In this document: positions 14,249-17,944 of the stretch, one piece after another
Numbering within the stretch: the stretch's first letter is position 1
Layout of the letters: each line of letters starts with the position of its first letter
Assembly (NCBI GenBank): GCA_039000165.1
Contig: JAWBTW010000014.1
Coordinates: 1-17,944, forward strand
Origin: Candidatus Aenigmatarchaeota archaeon
Lineage (GTDB): Archaea; Aenigmatarchaeota; Aenigmatarchaeia; CG10238-14; SCSR01
Direction of reading: 5' to 3'
Length of the DNA stretch: 17,944 nucleotides
Made by a program: the position numbers and the translations under genes
Notes under the pieces: generated by a model
Databases searched by the model: none
The model's input: only the letters and a program-made list of their open reading frames with translations
What the model was told of the DNA's origin: nothing

Positions 14249-14552
14249 ATGGAGAAAAAATTTGAAAGTAACTGGGAAAATTATGAAATATCCCCCCTGG
14301 GTGGATAATCTTTCCACAATCTGGGCAGTTTGTGTGGGGATAGTAAAAGATAGCTTAGGGATAAGGAAGTTGAGAATCGCTAAAGGTAAGATTAGAGGGA
14401 AAGTTTTCAGGGACGAAAATGGTAAAATTAATTTTGAACTAACTGACAAGAAAAATCCAATAACTCAGGTTAATAGGTTAAACATCAAAAGCTACGAAGA
14501 ATGGGAAAAAATTAAAAGTCTCGTCGAGAAATGGATTAAAAAACTCAAGTGA
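14249..14552 (+). CDS. Hypothetical protein of about 100 aa interrupted by a +1 frameshift in a C6 run
   Basis: Strong SD GAGGTGA precedes ATG 14249, whose frame (MEKKFESNWENYEISP) stops at 14306-14308. Skipping one C in 14292-14297 joins it to WVDNLSTIWAV...KWIKKLK. Confidence 0.6.
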
Positions 14553-16630
14553 AACTTATGGGATATACTCTAATAATAGCTGAAAAACCTGATGCAGCCA
14601 GAAGAATAGCTGAGGCTCTAGCTGATAAAAAACCAAAAGTTGTTAGAAAGAGGGAAGTAGAATATTACGAGTTCACTGTTAACGGAAAAAAGCATGTTTG
14701 CGTTCCTGCTGTTGGCCATCTATTTACTCTTTCTCCTTTATCCAAAAGTAAAAAATGGAACTACCCAATTTTTTCTTACGAATGGACTCCCACTTATACA
14801 AAAAAAGGAACTGAATGGACAAAGAAGTACTTTGAGAATATTGTGGATTTAGCAAAAGGTGCTGACGAGTTTATAGATGCTGCAGATGTTGACACAGAAG
14901 GAGAAGTTTTGCTTTACAATATTTTAAGGTTTATTTGTAAGGTGAAAGATGCTAAAAGAATGCAATTTTCAACCCTCACCAAGGATGAGCTTGTTGAGGC
15001 ATACAGAAATATGTCAAACCATATTCTTTTTCCAATGCTTGAAAGCGGTTTAACAAGGCATGAGCTTGATTGGCTCTGGGGAATTAACTTAACTCGAGCT
15101 CTAACTCTTGCTCTAAAAAATCATAGCAATAAAGCTTTTGCTATTCTATCAGCAGGAAGAGTTCAAAGCCCAACTTTGAACCTTCTTTTGGAAAGAGAAA
15201 TTGAAATAAGAAATTTTAAACCAAAACCTTTCTGGCAACTCGAGTTAAGGGCAAAAGTTGACAATCAAGAAATAATCGCGATCCATGAAAAGGATAAATT
15301 TTGGAAGAAAGAAGAAGTTGATAAAGTTTTGAATGAGTGTAAAGGAAAGGATGCTTTGGTAAAGGATGTGAAAAAAAGAGAGTATAAGCAAAAACCTCCT
15401 TTTCCTTTTAATACTACTGATTTGCAAGCAGAAGCTTATGCTTGCTTTAAGTTCTCTCCCACTCAAACCCTACAAATTGCTGAATCACTTTACCAGCAAG
15501 GTTTTATTTCTTACCCAAGATCTTCAAGCCAAAAATTGCCTCCAGTAATAAATTATGAAAAGATTTTGAAAGCTTTAGCAAGTTTAAAACCTTATGAAAA
15601 GTTTGCTAAGGAATTACTAGAAAAAGAAAAACTCATTCCTAATGAAGGTCCAAAAGAAGATCCTGCACACCCAGCAATTTATGCTACTCATGAAGTTCCA
15701 GATTTAAGTAAGCTTACTCCTCAACAAAGGAAGCTTTATGATTTGATTGTGAGAAGAACCTTAGCAACATTTGCCGAAGAAGCTTTAAGGGAAAGTATAA
15801 ACGCAATTTTGGCAATTGGAGAAAACAAGTTTATTGCAACTGGAAAAAGAACAATAAAGCCTGGATGGACAGAAATCTACTCTCCTTATTTGACTTTTGA
15901 AGAACAAATCCTTCCTGAGCTTAAAGTTGGGCAAACTGTTAAAGTTATTAAAATCAACTTGCTTTCAAAACAAACTCAACCCCCTCCGAGATATACTCAA
16001 GGAAGTATAATAAAAGAACTTGAAAAAAGGAATCTCGGGACAAAAGCAACTAGAGCAGAAATTTTGCAAACTCTTTACGATAGAAGATATATTGTTGGGA
16101 AGAGCATTCAAGTAACAAAGTTAGGAGAAGTTGTAGCCAAAACTTTGAAGGAATTTGTTCCAAGTATAGTTAGCGAAGAACTCACAAGACACTTTGAAGA
16201 AGAAATGGAACAGGTTTTTAACGGAAAGAAGAAAAGAGAAGAAGTTGTAGAAGAAGCAAGAAAAGTCTTAACCAAAATTCTTGAAGAATTTAAGAGCAAG
16301 GAAGAAAGAATTGGAAAAAAATTGCTAGAAGGTTTGATGATTTCCAGAAAAGAAGAAAGGAAGCTTGGGGTTTGTCCAAATTGTAACGGCGAACTAAGAA
16401 TTGTTTTTTCTAGAAGCACTGGTAAACGCTTTGTAGGCTGTTCTAACTACCCAAAATGCAAGACAGGCTATCCCTTACCCTTAGATGGACAAATAACTTC
16501 GTTGAACAAAAATTGTGAAATTTGTGGTTTGCCCATGATTCAAGTTTGGAGGAAAGGTAAAAGACCTTTTAGAATGTGTATCAATCCTAACTGCAAAACA
16601 AAGGAAAGTTGGGATAAAAACAAAAGCTAA
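14549..16630 (+). CDS. topA: DNA topoisomerase IA with C-terminal zinc ribbons
   Basis: LIIAEKP, GHL, DVDTEGE (TOPRIM), SAGRVQSP, catalytic Tyr in GFISYPRS, LGTKATR, CPNC...CSNYPKC and CEIC...CINPNC. Start is GTG 14549 or ATG 14558. Confidence 0.97.
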   Translation: MKLMGYTLIIAEKPDAARRIAEALADKKPKVVRKREVEYYEFTVNGKKHVCVPAVGHLFTLSPLSKSKKWNYPIFSYEWTPTYTKKGTEWTKKYFENIVDLAKGADEFIDAADVDTEGEVLLYNILRFICKVKDAKRMQFSTLTKDELVEAYRNMSNHILFPMLESGLTRHELDWLWGINLTRALTLALKNHSNKAFAILSAGRVQSPTLNLLLEREIEIRNFKPKPFWQLELRAKVDNQEIIAIHEKDKFWKKEEVDKVLNECKGKDALVKDVKKREYKQKPPFPFNTTDLQAEAYACFKFSPTQTLQIAESLYQQGFISYPRSSSQKLPPVINYEKILKALASLKPYEKFAKELLEKEKLIPNEGPKEDPAHPAIYATHEVPDLSKLTPQQRKLYDLIVRRTLATFAEEALRESINAILAIGENKFIATGKRTIKPGWTEIYSPYLTFEEQILPELKVGQTVKVIKINLLSKQTQPPPRYTQGSIIKELEKRNLGTKATRAEILQTLYDRRYIVGKSIQVTKLGEVVAKTLKEFVPSIVSEELTRHFEEEMEQVFNGKKKREEVVEEARKVLTKILEEFKSKEERIGKKLLEGLMISRKEERKLGVCPNCNGELRIVFSRSTGKRFVGCSNYPKCKTGYPLPLDGQITSLNKNCEICGLPMIQVWRKGKRPFRMCINPNCKTKESWDKNKS

Positions 16631-17160
16631 AGTTCAATCATCTCTCTTCTTCTCAAATCGTAAAGCATTCCTTGAAGAATTTTAGCAATATCTTCCGAAG
16701 AAAGTTTTACCGTTAGTTTTCGCTTAACTAATTTTCCAACTTTTTGTTTTGTTTTGTAAATTCCGTTGTATCCTCTATAACCTCTGTGAGTTACTGGCAC
16801 CATTCTTTTGACCAAGCTTTTAATTTCTCTTGTCGGACTCTTAAAAGAAAGAGCTGCTTTCATCACATAAAAAGCGATTTGGTTGCAAACATAAACTTTT
16901 TCCGGTTTATAATCGTGACTTTTGTTAAGAATTAATTCAAGGGTTTCTTTTCCTAGCAAGCTCCAATAACCATTTCCATTCTTAAATTTATTGTTTCCGT
17001 TAGGCTGATAATAAGCTATTCCTCGCCAGTCAAGTAGCTCAACGTTATCAGTTTTTATTCCAACTCCAGCTCCTATAATGGTAATTTTTCTTTTTTGCTT
17101 GTCTTGTAAATTTAAAGTTTTAACGCTTTCGTCAACGTAAAAATTTCCGTCCCAACTCAT
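16627..17160 (-). CDS. Hypothetical basic protein with a possible RNase H-like N-terminal motif
   Basis: ATG at 17160 (MSWDGNFYVDES) preferred over the TTG at 17184. FYVDES followed by a hydrophobic strand KITIIGAGV. Confidence 0.6.
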   Translation of the reverse strand: MSWDGNFYVDESVKTLNLQDKQKRKITIIGAGVGIKTDNVELLDWRGIAYYQPNGNNKFKNGNGYWSLLGKETLELILNKSHDYKPEKVYVCNQIAFYVMKAALSFKSPTREIKSLVKRMVPVTHRGYRGYNGIYKTKQKVGKLVKRKLTVKLSSEDIAKILQGMLYDLRRREMIEL

Positions 17161-17346
17161 CCAGATTAAAATTTGGAAGACCAATTAAAATCGAATTTCG
17201 TGAAAGAAAAAATATTTTTAAAAACAAAAAAATTTATTTTTTTCTTGCTAAAAAAATTAAATGTATCGACTTTAGAGCTTATTTCAACGTCTTTCCTTCC
17301 ATCTTTCTTAGCTTTGAACAATTTTAATTTGTTTCGGTTCGCAAAG

Positions 17347-17943
17347 TTATTTCTTCCTTTCTACCTTTATCGTTAACAATACCAATATTATAACCAGAAA
17401 AATCAAGAAAATTAAAAAGGCAGTTATTGGATTAAAAAATAGAGCTACTAACATACCAGTTATCCCTAAAGGCACTTCTTCTGGCTTAACTTCTTCCTCA
17501 CATTCTTCAATTTCTATAGGTTTATTAAGAGTCGTGTTACAGTTGTTCAAGTCAAAACAAAATCTTGTTCTTGTTTTGTTTGTACATTCGCTCCAATCTG
17601 TACAGAACCAACTCTCTTCACAAGTTACAGGCTTGAAATAAACGCAAGACTGAACTTCTTTTGGTTTCGTTTCATTTTTCCCGCAATTGTTTTTATCGTA
17701 GCAAACTCTTGTTTGAATTCCATTTATACATTCGCTCCACTCTGAGCAAACCCACTCAGGAACACAAACCTCAATATAATATACAAGAGCTTCAGGTTTT
17801 TTCGCTAAAGGTTTTGGTTCAGTAGTCACATTTATTACCGAAGAGTTTGCTGAATTTCCTGAAGTATCAAAAACAGAAACAAAGTAATGATAAGTTTTGC
17901 TGTATTGCAAGCCAGAATCTACAAAGCTTGTTTGGTTTGGGCT
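17347..17943 (-). CDS. 5'-truncated surface protein: end of a fibronectin type III domain, two Cys/Trp-rich repeats, C-terminal TM anchor
   Basis: Frame open to the window edge (SPNQTSFVDSGLQYSKTYHYFVSVFDTSGN, FN3-like). Two C-x3-W-x-C-x2-WSEC-x4-(Q/R)TR-x-C-x-D-x-NNC-x5-KP-x-E-x3-C repeats. GITG motif, hydrophobic helix, ERKK end. Confidence 0.85.
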   Translation of the reverse strand, partial: SPNQTSFVDSGLQYSKTYHYFVSVFDTSGNSANSSVINVTTEPKPLAKKPEALVYYIEVCVPEWVCSEWSECINGIQTRVCYDKNNCGKNETKPKEVQSCVYFKPVTCEESWFCTDWSECTNKTRTRFCFDLNNCNTTLNKPIEIEECEEEVKPEEVPLGITGMLVALFFNPITAFLIFLIFLVIILVLLTIKVERKK

Positions 17944-17944
17944 C

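Noticed and set aside
17185..17345. AT-rich spacer as a replication origin
   Set aside because: No ORB-like repeats or cdc6/orc1 nearby; compatible with a terminator plus promoter region.
2432..17376. Other short overlapping ORFs (2432-2710, 3891-4085, 6550-6747, 7369-7572, 10307-10561, 10737-10925, 12601-12786, 12919-13323, 13743-14051, 14225-14449, 15245-15466, 16108-16419, 16744-16935, 17173-17376)
   Set aside because: They lie antisense to better-supported genes or in AT-rich spacer, and have F/S/L-rich shadow composition with no motifs.

Overview
AT-rich, densely coding archaeal DNA. The gene content and style (BHB-intron tRNA without encoded CCA, TATA boxes about 25 nt before leaderless starts, GGTGA/GGAGG Shine-Dalgarno sites, Cys-rich surface proteins, separate Hef helicase and ERCC4 nuclease genes) suggest a DPANN archaeon, possibly Aenigmarchaeota-like; this is inference only. 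Recognisable genes: single-TRAM RNA-binding protein, AlaX editing protein, an 820-aa DUF2341/PGF-pre-PGF surface protein, an Rcl/DNPH1-like nucleotide N-glycosidase, tRNA-Ser(CGA), a DUF123 GIY-YIG nuclease, YjbQ, PRPP synthase, Hef-type helicase, ERCC4/XPF nuclease, DUF460, an archaeosortase-family protein, a coiled-coil protein and topoisomerase IA. The most striking observation is that the 53-nt tRNA-Ser(CGA) intron is laid out as a complete C/D-box guide RNA (C, D', C', D). Its D guide pairs with the tRNA T-loop so that the +5 rule points at C56. Other notable points: a PCNA-binding (PIP)-like tail and a ribo-type Phe on the N-glycosidase near prs; three genes whose apparent starts need a CTG codon or a frameshift; structured leaders; and a possible local archaeosortase substrate. 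No CRISPR array or mobile element was seen. Family assignments come from motif recognition by eye, not database searches.
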